A DNA stretch of 64,000 nt, taken from IMG/VR virus record IMGVR_UViG_2896054739_000006. One strand, given 5' to 3'. The position numbers and the translations under genes were made by a program. Shown in pieces: positions 10,066 to 20,871 of the stretch. How positions within the stretch are numbered: position 1 is the first letter of the stretch; every line of letters starts with the position of its first letter. Under the pieces are notes generated by a model. That model did no database searches, was not told the origin of the DNA, and worked only from the letters and a program-made list of their open reading frames with translations. The DNA comes from an uncultured virus (IMG/VR IMGVR_UViG_2896054739_000006). Lineage: Duplodnaviria; Heunggongvirae; Uroviricota; Caudoviricetes.

Positions 10066-13000
10066 TTACGCCTCCTTTAATGGCAGGTTGGAGAAGATTT
10101 CTATTAAGTTCTCCGCAATTTCCCCACCTAATTCGTCTGCCAGTTCCGCCATATGTTTCCGGATTACCTGCATAATCCCATCGCTGTCCTGCCCTTCTGT
10201 TCCCTGGATAACAAATTCCGGCTGCAGGTTAACATTCACGCTTACTGCCGGGGCAGCATCTCCCCCATTATTGGCCTGGGGTACCGCCTGGTATCCTTCT
10301 GCGGCTGTATTCTGGCCACTGGGAGCGTTTTCTTCCCAGGCATCCATATCTGCCCCCTTTGTATAATTCTGCGTATACAGGCCAGAAGGGCCGCCTACAA
10401 ATCCTCCTGCGGCATGTTCCCCAACTCCAAGGGCTTTCCCTGCCTGCTCGTACAAGTCTAATGCCCTGCCCCTGCGGCTTGGGTTCGTGGGGATGACAAA
10501 CTCCCCGTATCCCTCTTCTGCCAGCCAGGATAGCTGTGGCCCGCTGACATATCCCCCTGCGGCATGTGTTCCCACTCCGGCAGCCGCCGCTGCTGTAGAG
10601 ACAATCGAGGCGGGATTAAAGGGATTTAATAAATTATAGTGGGCTGTCACATTTACATTGGCCGTGGCGCTGAACGCCGGAGCAAATGCAGTATTTACCG
10701 CCCCCTCAGCTGCCGAACGTATCTCCCCGCTTTTTGATGTGATGCTGGTGCCAAAGGAATCTGACATTGCAGTTGCATAATTTTCCCCCGCTGTCATAAA
10801 AGGTTCCTGCACTTCCGGCCCTGCTATGAGTTCCGCCACATTTGGTATGGTGGCCTGTATGGTTTCCGACAGGGAAGGGAGAAGGCTCTGGGGTATGGAC
10901 TGGGCTGTCATCTGCAGCCTATCCGTAATGGCTTTTCGGACATCCCCTTCCAGAGACTCCAACCCAAACCACTGTGCTATTTCATCTTGGGACCATGTTT
11001 TTGGATCACGATTTAATGTCAATGCATTATCCATAGCTGTCTGCAACTTTTCTGCCATTGTCCCTTCAATATCCGGAAGCACTCCTTCCAGACTTGAACC
11101 AAAGGCTTCTGCTATAGATTCTAGCTGGAAAGACTCCACTCGGAGGTTGATTTCCGATAACTGCGCATTGTAATTATCCTCAAGCTGCTGTTTCAGCTTC
11201 TCATACTCTGCCGCCTGTGCCCCGTTAATATCCCGTTCCGGGAACTGTAGATTTAGATTTGCAAGGCTTAATTCCAGCCCTTCATCCAGGTTCGCCGTCA
11301 TGCTCTGCATATTTGCCTGTAATTCTTCCTGCAGGCTGGCAAAAGACTCCGCATCCAGTGCTGCGCCGCTGTACCTGATTTTCAGGGAATCCATCTTGGC
11401 ATCTGCCTGGGCCTGTGACACCTTATTTGTGATTTCAGAGATCCTGTTCTGCAATTCCGTGATGGCGGATGCTTCGTCCATTTCATACTCAACGCCGCCA
11501 ATATGGAATTTTACTTTGTCTGTGGTAGAAACTACCCCATCCGACAAAACCTCCGCAGAAACCCTCTGTAATTCCGCTCCGGCGCCGTCAAGCTGTGACT
11601 GCAGGCCGGCATACAATTCATTCAACCGGGTTTTCATGCCCTGACCTCCCTCACTGCCGTCAAACAGCAGATCCAGCGCAACCGTTGACTCATAATGCCT
11701 GTTCTCCACATACTCTTTTGCGCTGGAAACCATGGCGTCCACTTTTTCTTTGTAGCCCGTTATAAAATCATCAGATAACTCCAGACCAAGCCCCATTTTC
11801 CAGTCCATCTTTTCCATATCCCCCATCTGGGATTTTAAAGAAGAAAAAGATTTTTCAGAATCCTGGGATGCCTGGGCAAATTTTTTCACATTCTCTGCCT
11901 GATCCCCCAGAACTAAATCGTCTGCCAGCTGCTGGATTTCAGCCAGGGACAGGGAGATATCCCCAAAACTGTTCTTTAATTTCTCATTTACTGCCTCCTG
12001 GAACATAAGTCCCAGCTCCCCGGCGCTGACGTTTGCATCCTCCACCGCCTGGTTTAACGCCTCTGTTTCAAATTTCACATCATTTATGGACATTCCGGTT
12101 GCCTGGAACACTTTTTCTGCCTTGGCCGCCGCCTCCTCCGACAGTTTCAAATTTTCCTCATACTCTTCTTTTACTTTGTTTCCTTTGATCCACCCGCCGA
12201 TTCCTCCGACACCAAAACCAATCAGTGCGCCGACAGCCGTGCCAAGCCCCGGAATGACACTCCCGATTGCCGCCCCCGCTGCCGCTCCTGCCGCCGCACC
12301 GCCTATTTTCCATGCTCCGGATTCCCCGTATGCCTTGGACTCAGCCGCATCCTCGGATTTAAGGCCTTTATAAATATCTATGCCGCCGCTTATCACAGAT
12401 GCCGTCCCGGCAATTGCGCCGACAGCCGCACCGCCTCCGGCAAGTGCCATCCCTGTAGATGTCGTAGCTCCAGAGCCTAAGGCCGTGCCAAATTTCCCAG
12501 CCATGCCCATAAGTCCTGAGCCCTTTGCCATTCCAGTCCCGGCAAGTTCGTCTGCCAGTGAGTAGCTTCCAATTACCTTTGAGAGCAATCCTTCCTGGGC
12601 ACTGCCTTTGGTCATATCATAAATTGTTTTTCCAAAATCAAAAGCTCCTTTGCCTGTTTTTAAAATAGGTCCTGCCGCCTTTGCCAGGAATGCAGCCGAC
12701 ATCAGCGAAGAAAGGTCTGCCGACTTACCCCCCGGAAGGAGTTTCCCAGCATTTTTCGTAACACTTAAAAGCCCTTTTCCAAGACCTCCGCTCACACTTT
12801 TCATATCAAACCCCTGGGAAAATCCCTGTGCAAAGGCTTTCCCTACACTCACCCCCTCGTTTACGCTTTCCGGCACATCAATGCCGAGGAGCATTAAAAG
12901 GCCGGCTGAAAGACCAGAACCTATAGCATTCCCGATCTCGCCGGCTTTGTCCATCACCATCTGTCTGCCATTTCCATTCCACCATTCCGAAAACGGCTCC

Positions 13001-14502
13001 GCAATAATCTCATCCCAGGCAATCTGCACTTTTCCAAAGAAATCCGCATTCTGCCATTCATCCGTGGCGGTAAATTCTCCAATCTTCTTCTGCAGGGCGG
13101 CAGCTTTCCTGTCCACGGAATCCATAAACCTGTTGATGGCATCTTCCACATCAGGCAGTTTTTCCGTTACCATTTCTGCAAAACTCTGGAAATACGGTGC
13201 CAGCCTTCCTCCAAGCGTATTTTTCACGCCGTCAGCAGCGCTCTGCAGCAAAGTAAAAGAACCAGCCAGGTTATCCAGCATAGTATCTGCCATATCTTTG
13301 GATGCACCGTCCGCATTTTCTACCGCCGCAGTCAAGTCCTTATAATCTTTCTCCGATGCATTCAATACGGCAAGAAGTCCTTTCTGGGCTTCTGCTCCCG
13401 CAATAGTATTTGCAAGAGCTACTTTCTGCTCATTGGAATAGTCTGCCGTCTTTTCCCTCAATTCTTTCATGACCAGCGACAGATCGTTTGCTTTTCCCTC
13501 AGAATTAAAAAACTCTATCCCTAAATCTTCTATCGCTTTTCTGGCCCCGTTGGTGTCTGTGGAGAGTCTTGTAAATATAGCGCTCATGGATGTTCCTGCC
13601 ATGGACGCTTTTAACCCGGCATTAGCCATAAGCCCTGCCATCAGGGATACATCCTCTATGCGGTACCCTAATGCGCCTGCCATAGTTCCTGCATACTTAA
13701 AGGTCTCACCCATCATGGAGACATTGGTATTCGCACTGGAACTTGCCGCCGCCAGAACATCTGCAAAGTGGCTGGAATCACTGGCCTTAAGACCGAAAGC
13801 GGTAAGGGCATCTGTCACAATATCAGACGTAGTGGCAAGGTCTGTCCCGGACGCTGCGGCAAGGTTCAAAATCCCTTCGATGCCTCCCAGCATGTCGTTT
13901 GTCTTCCACCCTGCCATTGCCATATAGTTAAACGCTTCTGCCGATTCCTCCGCCGTAAACTTTGTGGTGGCGCCCATTTCCTTTGCTTTATCGGTCAGTC
14001 TGGCCAGATCCGAACCAGATGCACCGCTTACTGCCTGCACCTGTGACATAGCAGCCTCGAAGTCTTTGAACGTATCTATGGTATCTTTTAAACCGATACT
14101 GACCCCGAGGACTGCCCCGGCCTGGAAAACGGGATTACTTAAAAGGTTTAAGATTCCCCGGACAGGGGCAGTCACAAAATCCTTGGCCTGCATGGTAATG
14201 CTCCATGCTCTTCCGGTAAATCTTTTCAGCCCGCTTCCGATGGTAGATAATACCGGGGAAATCCTGTCCCTGGCTTCCAAAAGCAGCTCATACTTCTGAT
14301 TTGCCCATTTTGACAGTTTTTTCTCTGTCTTTTCTGCCCGTTCATCAAATTTTGTAACCTTCCTGCCGGCCTTATCCATAGATTCCCCGGCTTTACCCGC
14401 CGCCTGTTCCATTTTTGACAATTTCTTTACCAGGTTGGATAATTCCGGTTCTGTTTCATCTAATGTCTCAATAGGTATTTCAATCCGTATCGTTTCCGCC
14501 AC
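10066..14502 (-). CDS. Tape measure protein
   Basis: FEAAMSQV.AVSGA...AKEMGATTKFTA core; ~1480 aa, Ala/Gly rich; GTG start after GGAGGTGAGG. Confidence 0.95.
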   Translation of the reverse strand: MAETIRIEIPIETLDETEPELSNLVKKLSKMEQAAGKAGESMDKAGRKVTKFDERAEKTEKKLSKWANQKYELLLEARDRISPVLSTIGSGLKRFTGRAWSITMQAKDFVTAPVRGILNLLSNPVFQAGAVLGVSIGLKDTIDTFKDFEAAMSQVQAVSGASGSDLARLTDKAKEMGATTKFTAEESAEAFNYMAMAGWKTNDMLGGIEGILNLAAASGTDLATTSDIVTDALTAFGLKASDSSHFADVLAAASSSANTNVSMMGETFKYAGTMAGALGYRIEDVSLMAGLMANAGLKASMAGTSMSAIFTRLSTDTNGARKAIEDLGIEFFNSEGKANDLSLVMKELREKTADYSNEQKVALANTIAGAEAQKGLLAVLNASEKDYKDLTAAVENADGASKDMADTMLDNLAGSFTLLQSAADGVKNTLGGRLAPYFQSFAEMVTEKLPDVEDAINRFMDSVDRKAAALQKKIGEFTATDEWQNADFFGKVQIAWDEIIAEPFSEWWNGNGRQMVMDKAGEIGNAIGSGLSAGLLMLLGIDVPESVNEGVSVGKAFAQGFSQGFDMKSVSGGLGKGLLSVTKNAGKLLPGGKSADLSSLMSAAFLAKAAGPILKTGKGAFDFGKTIYDMTKGSAQEGLLSKVIGSYSLADELAGTGMAKGSGLMGMAGKFGTALGSGATTSTGMALAGGGAAVGAIAGTASVISGGIDIYKGLKSEDAAESKAYGESGAWKIGGAAAGAAAGAAIGSVIPGLGTAVGALIGFGVGGIGGWIKGNKVKEEYEENLKLSEEAAAKAEKVFQATGMSINDVKFETEALNQAVEDANVSAGELGLMFQEAVNEKLKNSFGDISLSLAEIQQLADDLVLGDQAENVKKFAQASQDSEKSFSSLKSQMGDMEKMDWKMGLGLELSDDFITGYKEKVDAMVSSAKEYVENRHYESTVALDLLFDGSEGGQGMKTRLNELYAGLQSQLDGAGAELQRVSAEVLSDGVVSTTDKVKFHIGGVEYEMDEASAITELQNRISEITNKVSQAQADAKMDSLKIRYSGAALDAESFASLQEELQANMQSMTANLDEGLELSLANLNLQFPERDINGAQAAEYEKLKQQLEDNYNAQLSEINLRVESFQLESIAEAFGSSLEGVLPDIEGTMAEKLQTAMDNALTLNRDPKTWSQDEIAQWFGLESLEGDVRKAITDRLQMTAQSIPQSLLPSLSETIQATIPNVAELIAGPEVQEPFMTAGENYATAMSDSFGTSITSKSGEIRSAAEGAVNTAFAPAFSATANVNVTAHYNLLNPFNPASIVSTAAAAAGVGTHAAGGYVSGPQLSWLAEEGYGEFVIPTNPSRRGRALDLYEQAGKALGVGEHAAGGFVGGPSGLYTQNYTKGADMDAWEENAPSGQNTAAEGYQAVPQANNGGDAAPAVSVNVNLQPEFVIQGTEGQDSDGIMQVIRKHMAELADELGGEIAENLIEIFSNLPLKEA

Positions 14503-14665
14503 TGCCCTCACCTCCTTCCGCAGCTTCCAAAGTGATCATCATGGACTGGAGCATAAATATCTGTACGCCCCTGGGCTTTTGGTAAAATTCATCCGGGGTG
14601 ATGCCCGTTTTCTGGAAAATATGGTGTAAAAGACAGGCTTTCCCCCCGGCTAATATCAGTTTTTT
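14480..14665 (-). CDS. -1 frameshift extension of tail assembly chaperone (GT-type)
   Basis: Slippery A AAA AAC before TGA; -1 frame open 59 codons (LILAGGKACLLHHIFQKTGITPDEFY...) ending over the TMP start. Confidence 0.75.
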   Translation of the reverse strand, partial: KKLILAGGKACLLHHIFQKTGITPDEFYQKPRGVQIFMLQSMMITLEAAEGGEGSGGNDTD

Positions 14666-15225
14666 ACTGTTTCCTCCAAATCGTCTTCATAGCCGCTTAA
14701 CTTGTCGATAGCTTCTAATATCCGGTCCTTTTCCCCGGCTTTTAAAGTGCATTCAATAACATCCAGGCCGTTCATGATACGATCCTTTTTGGCATTGAGG
14801 GCTTTCCATACCTGCTTGTTATCCCAGAGTTTCTCCCTGTCCTCTTCCACCGTTGCCTGATAGATGATGTGTGACTGGTATTTCACACGTTCTGTTTCAT
14901 CCGCCATTTTCATGCCCAGCTTTTTATTCCGGACATATTTGGTATGCTTTTTCCGGCACTTATCATACTCTTCCGAACTTAAAGGCCGGATGTGGAAGGC
15001 AAAATACAGTTTTCCTTCCCGGATAATCTCAATCCGCTGGGTCTCATCCTCTGAAAAGTTTGCTGCGGCAATTAATCCCTGGATAAAATCCTCCTCATTA
15101 AGCCGCAACTGGTTTTTCGTTTCCTCTTCGGTGAAATCTCTTTCCTCAATGTTCTCCTGTACTTCTGCCTCTTCGTGGATATCCTTTTTTACGCTTACTC
15201 CTGTTTTGTTGCTTAAATTTGCCAT
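14656..15225 (-). CDS. Tail assembly chaperone (XkdN-like)
   Basis: Between tube and TMP; LKAGEKDRI...LSGY...VKN end. Confidence 0.85.
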   Translation of the reverse strand: MANLSNKTGVSVKKDIHEEAEVQENIEERDFTEEETKNQLRLNEEDFIQGLIAAANFSEDETQRIEIIREGKLYFAFHIRPLSSEEYDKCRKKHTKYVRNKKLGMKMADETERVKYQSHIIYQATVEEDREKLWDNKQVWKALNAKKDRIMNGLDVIECTLKAGEKDRILEAIDKLSGYEDDLEETVKN

Positions 15226-15248
15226 AATGCATTCTCCTTTTTTCTACA

Positions 15249-15281
15249 AAAAAGAGGGCTGCTTTTAAAAACAGTCCTCTC
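15249..15281 (-). terminator. Intrinsic terminator after tail tube gene
   Basis: GAGAGGACTG...CAGCCCTC hairpin followed by T-tract on minus strand. Confidence 0.55.
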
Positions 15282-15317
15282 ATGAATGATTTGTTAATAG
15301 ATTGTGATAGCTGCTTA

Positions 15318-15773
15318 TCAGATAGTAAGACGGCTCTGCAATGTAGGAACCGAATTACAGTGCAGACTCCAGTTTCTCTTAATTACATCCCCTGTCTGGA
15401 AATCCTGGATGGTGATATCGCCAGAAGGTATACAATCACGATAAACCACTCGTTCCTCAGACCCGTTCCTTCCTAGCAAAGAACCCTGGAAATCCCATAC
15501 CGGCAGATTTCCTGTGGCCAATCCCTCCATATATTCCCGGAAAAACAAGTCAGACTCCACTACGATCTGTGACATTGTAATCTTTATACCTATACTTACA
15601 TTCGTTTCAAGATCTATCACATTTCCCAGTGGATTATACTTGGCGTTTGTAGACGATGATGTTGCAGTAAATGAATCCGCCGACGCTAAAAGCACCCCAT
15701 CTTTATTAAAAACAGCTGCATCTTTTCCTGACCGTGCATATCTGGCATCTGCTGATGATCTCTGATTTCTCAT
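15318..15773 (-). CDS. Tail tube protein (XkdM-like)
   Basis: Follows sheath; 151 aa; GSEERVVYRDC motif. Confidence 0.8.
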   Translation of the reverse strand: MRNQRSSADARYARSGKDAAVFNKDGVLLASADSFTATSSSTNAKYNPLGNVIDLETNVSIGIKITMSQIVVESDLFFREYMEGLATGNLPVWDFQGSLLGRNGSEERVVYRDCIPSGDITIQDFQTGDVIKRNWSLHCNSVPTLQSRLTI

Positions 15774-15787
15774 ACTCTACCCCCTCC

Positions 15788-17194
15788 TTACTCATTCGTG
15801 CTGAACTGGAACCGGAACATCATATACAGGTGTTCCGCAGAATCCTTGTCTATCACGTCGATATTGAACCAAGCACTGTCCCCATCTGCGGTATATACAG
15901 TGCTTTCTGTTACTGTGCAGCTGACCAGTTTTCCTTCCTCCACCATAGATTTGCCGACACCCTGGATCTGGCTGACAATGGTCTTCCGTCCATTGCTGTC
16001 ATTGTCCACTTTCCCAACCAGATCATCTGTAATATCATTGACACGGCGGATCAGCTCAAATCTGGTCTTTACCCTGCGGATTTTTCTCCATCCCTCGTCC
16101 TTGTCCTCTGTAAATACGGTCAGGGTATTGATGGCATTGTCAATCCATACCTGGTTTTTACTGCTTACGGAGAGCACCAGACATCCTTTCTTTTCCGCAT
16201 CCACGATCTGGGTATTCGTCAGTCTTTCCAAAATATCCGTAAAGCCGTTTATCACTGTATGGGTCAGGGAAGAATTGGATGCACATGCCCCAATCATCCC
16301 GGCAATCCTGGCTGCTGTCTGGTACCCGTCAATCTCTTTCCCTTCCTCATTCACCCTGGCATTCAGAACATAATGCATTTTTTCATCATTAAACCCCAGG
16401 GCATGTTCAATCCTTTTATCCAAGTCTACCGTATACTTTTCCGCAACTACTCCCTGTGCCAGGGAACCGGCTTCAAAAATCCTGTTTAAAAATGCCGCCA
16501 AAAGAAGATGGATTACCGTATCCTCCGTATCTACGCAAATAGTATTAAACACATAAGGTTCAATGGCGGCAAAGGCATCGGAATAATCCTCTGTAGTAAC
16601 TTCGGGGTTCTCTCCCTTTGTAAACGTTTCCTGGGAGATGTTAGCCAGTTCCGCTTTTTCCTTGCCGCTTACAAGTGACACGGCAAAACTCTCTGATTTT
16701 GCCAATCCCTCCGCAACAGCCGCCGCTTCCCCTTCCCCGGCAGGAAAGGCAAATTTTACAAACTCCTTTGTCCCTGTGTAAATAATACATTCCTTTGCCA
16801 GGGAATCCGTTATCTTTTCCCTGATAGTGACTGCAAACTTCTTATCTCCGGGATACATGGCAGAGATTTTCACTGCTGCTTCCCCGTCTTTATCGTTCAA
16901 ATCAATGGATGCATTCGTGCCTCCATGCCCCACCCGGCAGGCAATAATCTCCTTTGCCCCGCCTGCCACCGCTTCCTTGATGGCGTCTGTGGTAAGTCCG
17001 GTTCCATATATGCTGCCATAATCCGTATCTGCATTCAGCTTGCGCACATCAAGAAGCGGCCCGAAATCAGCTTTAAAAACCACTGCGGTAACGCCGTTTA
17101 CAATATCTGCTGAAGTATTGCTGTCGTTCCTGCTTATATTAAAATAAGCCCCAGGCCTGACTTTCTCTTCACCGATTACAAATGTTCCTGCCAT
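15788..17194 (-). CDS. Tail sheath protein (XkdK-like)
   Basis: KVRPGAYFN N-terminus; SLTH, INTLT, KIRRVK, NDSNGR motifs. Confidence 0.92.
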   Translation of the reverse strand: MAGTFVIGEEKVRPGAYFNISRNDSNTSADIVNGVTAVVFKADFGPLLDVRKLNADTDYGSIYGTGLTTDAIKEAVAGGAKEIIACRVGHGGTNASIDLNDKDGEAAVKISAMYPGDKKFAVTIREKITDSLAKECIIYTGTKEFVKFAFPAGEGEAAAVAEGLAKSESFAVSLVSGKEKAELANISQETFTKGENPEVTTEDYSDAFAAIEPYVFNTICVDTEDTVIHLLLAAFLNRIFEAGSLAQGVVAEKYTVDLDKRIEHALGFNDEKMHYVLNARVNEEGKEIDGYQTAARIAGMIGACASNSSLTHTVINGFTDILERLTNTQIVDAEKKGCLVLSVSSKNQVWIDNAINTLTVFTEDKDEGWRKIRRVKTRFELIRRVNDITDDLVGKVDNDSNGRKTIVSQIQGVGKSMVEEGKLVSCTVTESTVYTADGDSAWFNIDVIDKDSAEHLYMMFRFQFSTNE

Positions 17195-17505
17195 TACTTA
17201 ACCTCCCTTTTCCTGAATTTATCAATGATTTCTTTTGCCTGTCCTTTGGTACACTTTTTTACTCCTTTGTCCAGGAAAGCCGCCACCACGATTTCCCGGC
17301 GGACGCCAAAAAGCTTTACTGCATTTGCAGCAAACTCTTCCATAGTATAGACAGATGCATCCTGCCCGTTCTTTTCCCCGGGCGGCTTTTCTGCATGTTT
17401 GGGCCCGGCTCCCGGTTTTGTTTCCGGTGCCTGCTTTTCCAAAGTCTCTTCCCCTGATGCCGCTTTCTTCTCTTTTTCCTCCGCAATATTCTGTTTTCCT
17501 GCCAT
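17194..17505 (-). CDS. Hypothetical tail-module protein
   Basis: Coupled to sheath gene. Confidence 0.6.
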   Translation of the reverse strand: MAGKQNIAEEKEKKAASGEETLEKQAPETKPGAGPKHAEKPPGEKNGQDASVYTMEEFAANAVKLFGVRREIVVAAFLDKGVKKCTKGQAKEIIDKFRKREVK

Positions 17506-17517
17506 TTCCTTCCTCCT

Positions 17518-18396
17518 TTATCCTAAATTTTCAAGTTCCACGCTTTTAACCTCATGCCCCCTTGCCAGACCCCTTAACAGGCCATAGCGGACGCTTACAA
17601 ATATCTGGCCGTCTTTTAGATAGTCAGATTTATAATTTGCCTGCAATTTCCGGATAAACATTGGCGAACTGTCAAACATGATGATCTCTCCGTCTATTGA
17701 CATACGGTTTGCGATATCCGCCGCCATTTTCATCCTTACCCCGGAATCCGGACACAAAATATGGACGGCTATCCTTCCGTCCATCCATGCGATCATATAC
17801 ATTTCCCCTGCCTTTTCCACAGACAAAAGCCGGCAGTATATCACCGGCTTTTCAGAGGATGCCTCCGTTATTTCCTCCATCCTGTCATATCCCATGATAA
17901 GACATTCAGGATACAACTCCTTAATATATCTGTTTGCCGCCATAATCGGATCTGGGTCTGATGTCTCCTGTGAGGGATACTCCAAGATATCAAACCGGAT
18001 CTCACTGCCTATGGTAAGCCCCGGCTTATCCTCTATGGTAAAGGCATCCGTCCCGGCCCAGGCAAAGCAGTAAGGGGAACCGCCCTTTGGTGTCAAAATC
18101 ACATCCCTCAGGCACTCCTTCACGGTAGGTTCAATTTCTTCCGGACTTACTGCATCCGGCGTATTCTCACACAATATAGAAACAGATAACGTACCTGCAC
18201 TGTGCCTTTCCTCGTTGGCCTGTAGGTCAAAATTATAAATTGCCTTGGGATACTGGCTATTCCCTTCCCAGCCCTTCATATCATCTCCCGGTGCATCCGG
18301 GCTGAATATGGCAGGGCGTCCGGCATATCTGGCAAGGCATCCGGTAAGTTTTTCTGAATCATAGAATCTATTATATATCAGATCCCCCAGCTCCAT
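17518..18396 (-). CDS. Putative tail terminator/neck protein
   Basis: Synteny only. Confidence 0.5.
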   Translation of the reverse strand: MELGDLIYNRFYDSEKLTGCLARYAGRPAIFSPDAPGDDMKGWEGNSQYPKAIYNFDLQANEERHSAGTLSVSILCENTPDAVSPEEIEPTVKECLRDVILTPKGGSPYCFAWAGTDAFTIEDKPGLTIGSEIRFDILEYPSQETSDPDPIMAANRYIKELYPECLIMGYDRMEEITEASSEKPVIYCRLLSVEKAGEMYMIAWMDGRIAVHILCPDSGVRMKMAADIANRMSIDGEIIMFDSSPMFIRKLQANYKSDYLKDGQIFVSVRYGLLRGLARGHEVKSVELENLG

Positions 18397-18847
18397 TTCC
18401 TTTTCCACCCCCTCCCTGATTTTCTGCATCGTCTGATCCTGTCTGCTCCGGCTTCGTTCCCTCTGTTCCGGTTTCCGGCTCTTGTGGCTCCGGATTCTTG
18501 GGCTCCTGTTCTGCCAGATCCGGCTCTTCTGTCCCGTCCGGTTCTATTTCTCCATCTTCCGGCTCTTCTGGATCCTGTTTCATCCCATACTCAAAAACCT
18601 CTGACATATCTTTTGACCATCTGATTTCCCACTGCCCTTCTGCCGCCTCCGATACCGGGATGATAAAATGGTTTATGACATTCCCGACCCCAGGATGGTA
18701 CTGCACGGTCAGCCGGCTTTCTGTAGCCGATGTTACAATCCCCGCTTTCCCTTCCTCCCATGAGGAATGCCTGCCCCAGAGCAGATATCCGCATTCAATC
18801 CCGGATAAGTCAAAGGCAGACACAGGTTTTTCCACGACAAGTTCCAT
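18371..18847 (-). CDS. Hypothetical protein with acidic EP-rich tail
   Basis: GGAGGTG RBS; within neck module. Confidence 0.6.
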   Translation of the reverse strand: MELVVEKPVSAFDLSGIECGYLLWGRHSSWEEGKAGIVTSATESRLTVQYHPGVGNVINHFIIPVSEAAEGQWEIRWSKDMSEVFEYGMKQDPEEPEDGEIEPDGTEEPDLAEQEPKNPEPQEPETGTEGTKPEQTGSDDAENQGGGGKGNGAGGSDI

Positions 18848-18860
18848 AATGCGTCACCTC

Positions 18861-19373
18861 CTATCTGTACGGCTCGCTGTAGATTTTCTTGATTTCCGGT
18901 TCTGCCAATTCCTGGATTCTTTCCTTGAACGGCCTCCTGGCCATCCCCTTTCCATTTTCAAGAGCATCCGCATATTTTTCCTGACTTTCCAACTGTGCGA
19001 TAATTTCCACGCCTCCAGGCTTATACACTGGAACAACATGTTTATTCCAATGCTTTCGTAAATTATCAGTTCGGGAAGCAGGGGCTTCTCCTGGAGCAGA
19101 TGCCCTATAAAGCTGCCCTCCCCGTAATTTATGGCCATAGTCTTTTAGCATTTTTTTTGTATTTCTGTTTGCTTTTCCATCTGTGCCGGGCTTCCTATAT
19201 ACCCTCCCGCTTCTCTGGCCTTTCAGCACTTTTAGTTCTGCACTTCGGATTGCGTTTACCGCCCTGTTCCCTCTGGAAACCGCTTTCCGGTTAATAAAAT
19301 TTACTTGATCTTTCACTGCCGCCCTGACAGCCTTACCAGGACTTCCTTCTGCCCCGTCTACCCACAGTTTCAC
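18861..19373 (-). CDS. Neck/tail-completion protein (HK97 gp10-like)
   Basis: ASAPGEAPASRTDNLR...YADALENG..MARRPF. Confidence 0.75.
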   Translation of the reverse strand: MKLWVDGAEGSPGKAVRAAVKDQVNFINRKAVSRGNRAVNAIRSAELKVLKGQRSGRVYRKPGTDGKANRNTKKMLKDYGHKLRGGQLYRASAPGEAPASRTDNLRKHWNKHVVPVYKPGGVEIIAQLESQEKYADALENGKGMARRPFKERIQELAEPEIKKIYSEPYR

Positions 19374-19726
19374 TTCACATCCCGCCTTTCTTCTGCATAA
19401 TAGATAGTTGACAGCCCAAGGGCGCCTGCATCGTCTATATCTACGATATAAAATACACGTTCCCCAAGGACCAGCTTATCGGTCCTCTTTGCCTTTGGTT
19501 TTCCAGACTGGACAATGGTATGGGTAACCACATGATCTTTCTGGCTGTGGTTCGTCCTGTCATCATCCGTCGCCTCCGCCAGGCACCCCATCAGGGTATT
19601 TGTCCCGTCCCCGGTATGTTTCATTGCTACCCTGCCGTTTTTTAATACAACAGGTTCGTTTCCTTCCACAATAAATTGTTTAAAAAGGTTCCCGGGCCTA
19701 AGATACATCATTTTTACATTTTTCAT
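19370..19726 (-). CDS. Head closure protein
   Basis: THTIVQ...D.LVLGERVFYIVDID; synteny. Confidence 0.6.
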   Translation of the reverse strand: MKNVKMMYLRPGNLFKQFIVEGNEPVVLKNGRVAMKHTGDGTNTLMGCLAEATDDDRTNHSQKDHVVTHTIVQSGKPKAKRTDKLVLGERVFYIVDIDDAGALGLSTIYYAEERRDVK

Positions 19727-20139
19727 ATTTCCCCTGCCCTTTCATTCCGGTGCATCCCGGCATAAAAATAAGACGGCTTTTTGTCCGTCCCATTTATGCC
19801 AATGCTTAAGCCTGAAATGGATTCCGCTGACACTTCTTTTTTCAGCGCCTGGTAATCCTCCTTCCAGCGTTTGGCCCTTTCCCCTAATGACAAAGATAAC
19901 GGCCCCGTCTTGGTATCCGCCTCATAGGCAAAACGGCGGCACAGGCTTTCTAACAGCATCAGTTTCGCCCTTTTCCACGACTTTGGATGGACCGCAAGAG
20001 CCGCCTGGATCTCTTCATCCGTCAAAGCTGCAGTGTCTGCCCCGCCCTCTGTCATCGTGTCCCCCAGTTCAAACCGCATACGGTCTTTGCCGGGGTTTAT
20101 GACGTTCTCCGGCTCGTAGATATATGTGCCTTTTGCCAT
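19723..20139 (-). CDS. Head-tail adaptor
   Basis: DRMRFELGDT...LTDEEI motif; synteny. Confidence 0.7.
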   Translation of the reverse strand: MAKGTYIYEPENVINPGKDRMRFELGDTMTEGGADTAALTDEEIQAALAVHPKSWKRAKLMLLESLCRRFAYEADTKTGPLSLSLGERAKRWKEDYQALKKEVSAESISGLSIGINGTDKKPSYFYAGMHRNERAGEI

Positions 20140-20858
20140 CAGGTATCATCTCCCTTTGTATCTGTGCCTGCGGGTTCGTTACCGCCTGTGGATGCCTTTA
20201 AATCCCCCTGGGTTTGGAATAGTTTGCCTGCCTGCTCTTTTGCGGCATTTTTGATGGTTTTGCGGCTGTCAGCCGCATGGAGGAGGATCAACACATTTTC
20301 ACTCTTAACCTCAGCGATTGCCTTGGCCCCTTCCTCTGCGTTTAACTGAACAATAGAGAAAAACTCCTGGAGTTCCTCTGGGCTGGCCGGGATGACCGTC
20401 ACCTGTCCATTCTCCCCGTCTGATTCTCCCTTTACCGGAATCTGGATGATACCATCAAAAGAAGAAAATCCGGGCACCTGGATCTCTGCCGCTGCCTGTC
20501 GTAACTCTTCTCTCTCCCGTTCCATTTCAACAACTGTCTGCTGTAACCCTGCCTTTTCCTGTTCCATTTCGGAGATTACCTTTTTAGACTCTTCCTGCCT
20601 GGCTTCCATCTCCTCCGTTGCCTTGGAAATAGCATCTGCCACAATCTTATCCACCTCTTCCGGCGTATACAATGCTGCTGCCCCTTCTTTTGTAGGAGAT
20701 CCTATCTTATACTCTTTACCGCCAATTTCCGAAATACGGCCAATCCTTTTTAACTTCTCCGCCCTTTCCGGAAAGAGGATGCCATCCGGGATGATATTTC
20801 CCGGATAGTATGTATTTCCTCCTACGGTAAGAGGTTTCCCAAGCAATTCATATGGCAT
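20139..20858 (-). CDS. Hypothetical head-associated protein
   Basis: Follows major capsid gene; coiled coil. Confidence 0.55.
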   Translation of the reverse strand: MPYELLGKPLTVGGNTYYPGNIIPDGILFPERAEKLKRIGRISEIGGKEYKIGSPTKEGAAALYTPEEVDKIVADAISKATEEMEARQEESKKVISEMEQEKAGLQQTVVEMEREREELRQAAAEIQVPGFSSFDGIIQIPVKGESDGENGQVTVIPASPEELQEFFSIVQLNAEEGAKAIAEVKSENVLILLHAADSRKTIKNAAKEQAGKLFQTQGDLKASTGGNEPAGTDTKGDDT

Positions 20859-20871
20859 CTTTTCCCCCTCC

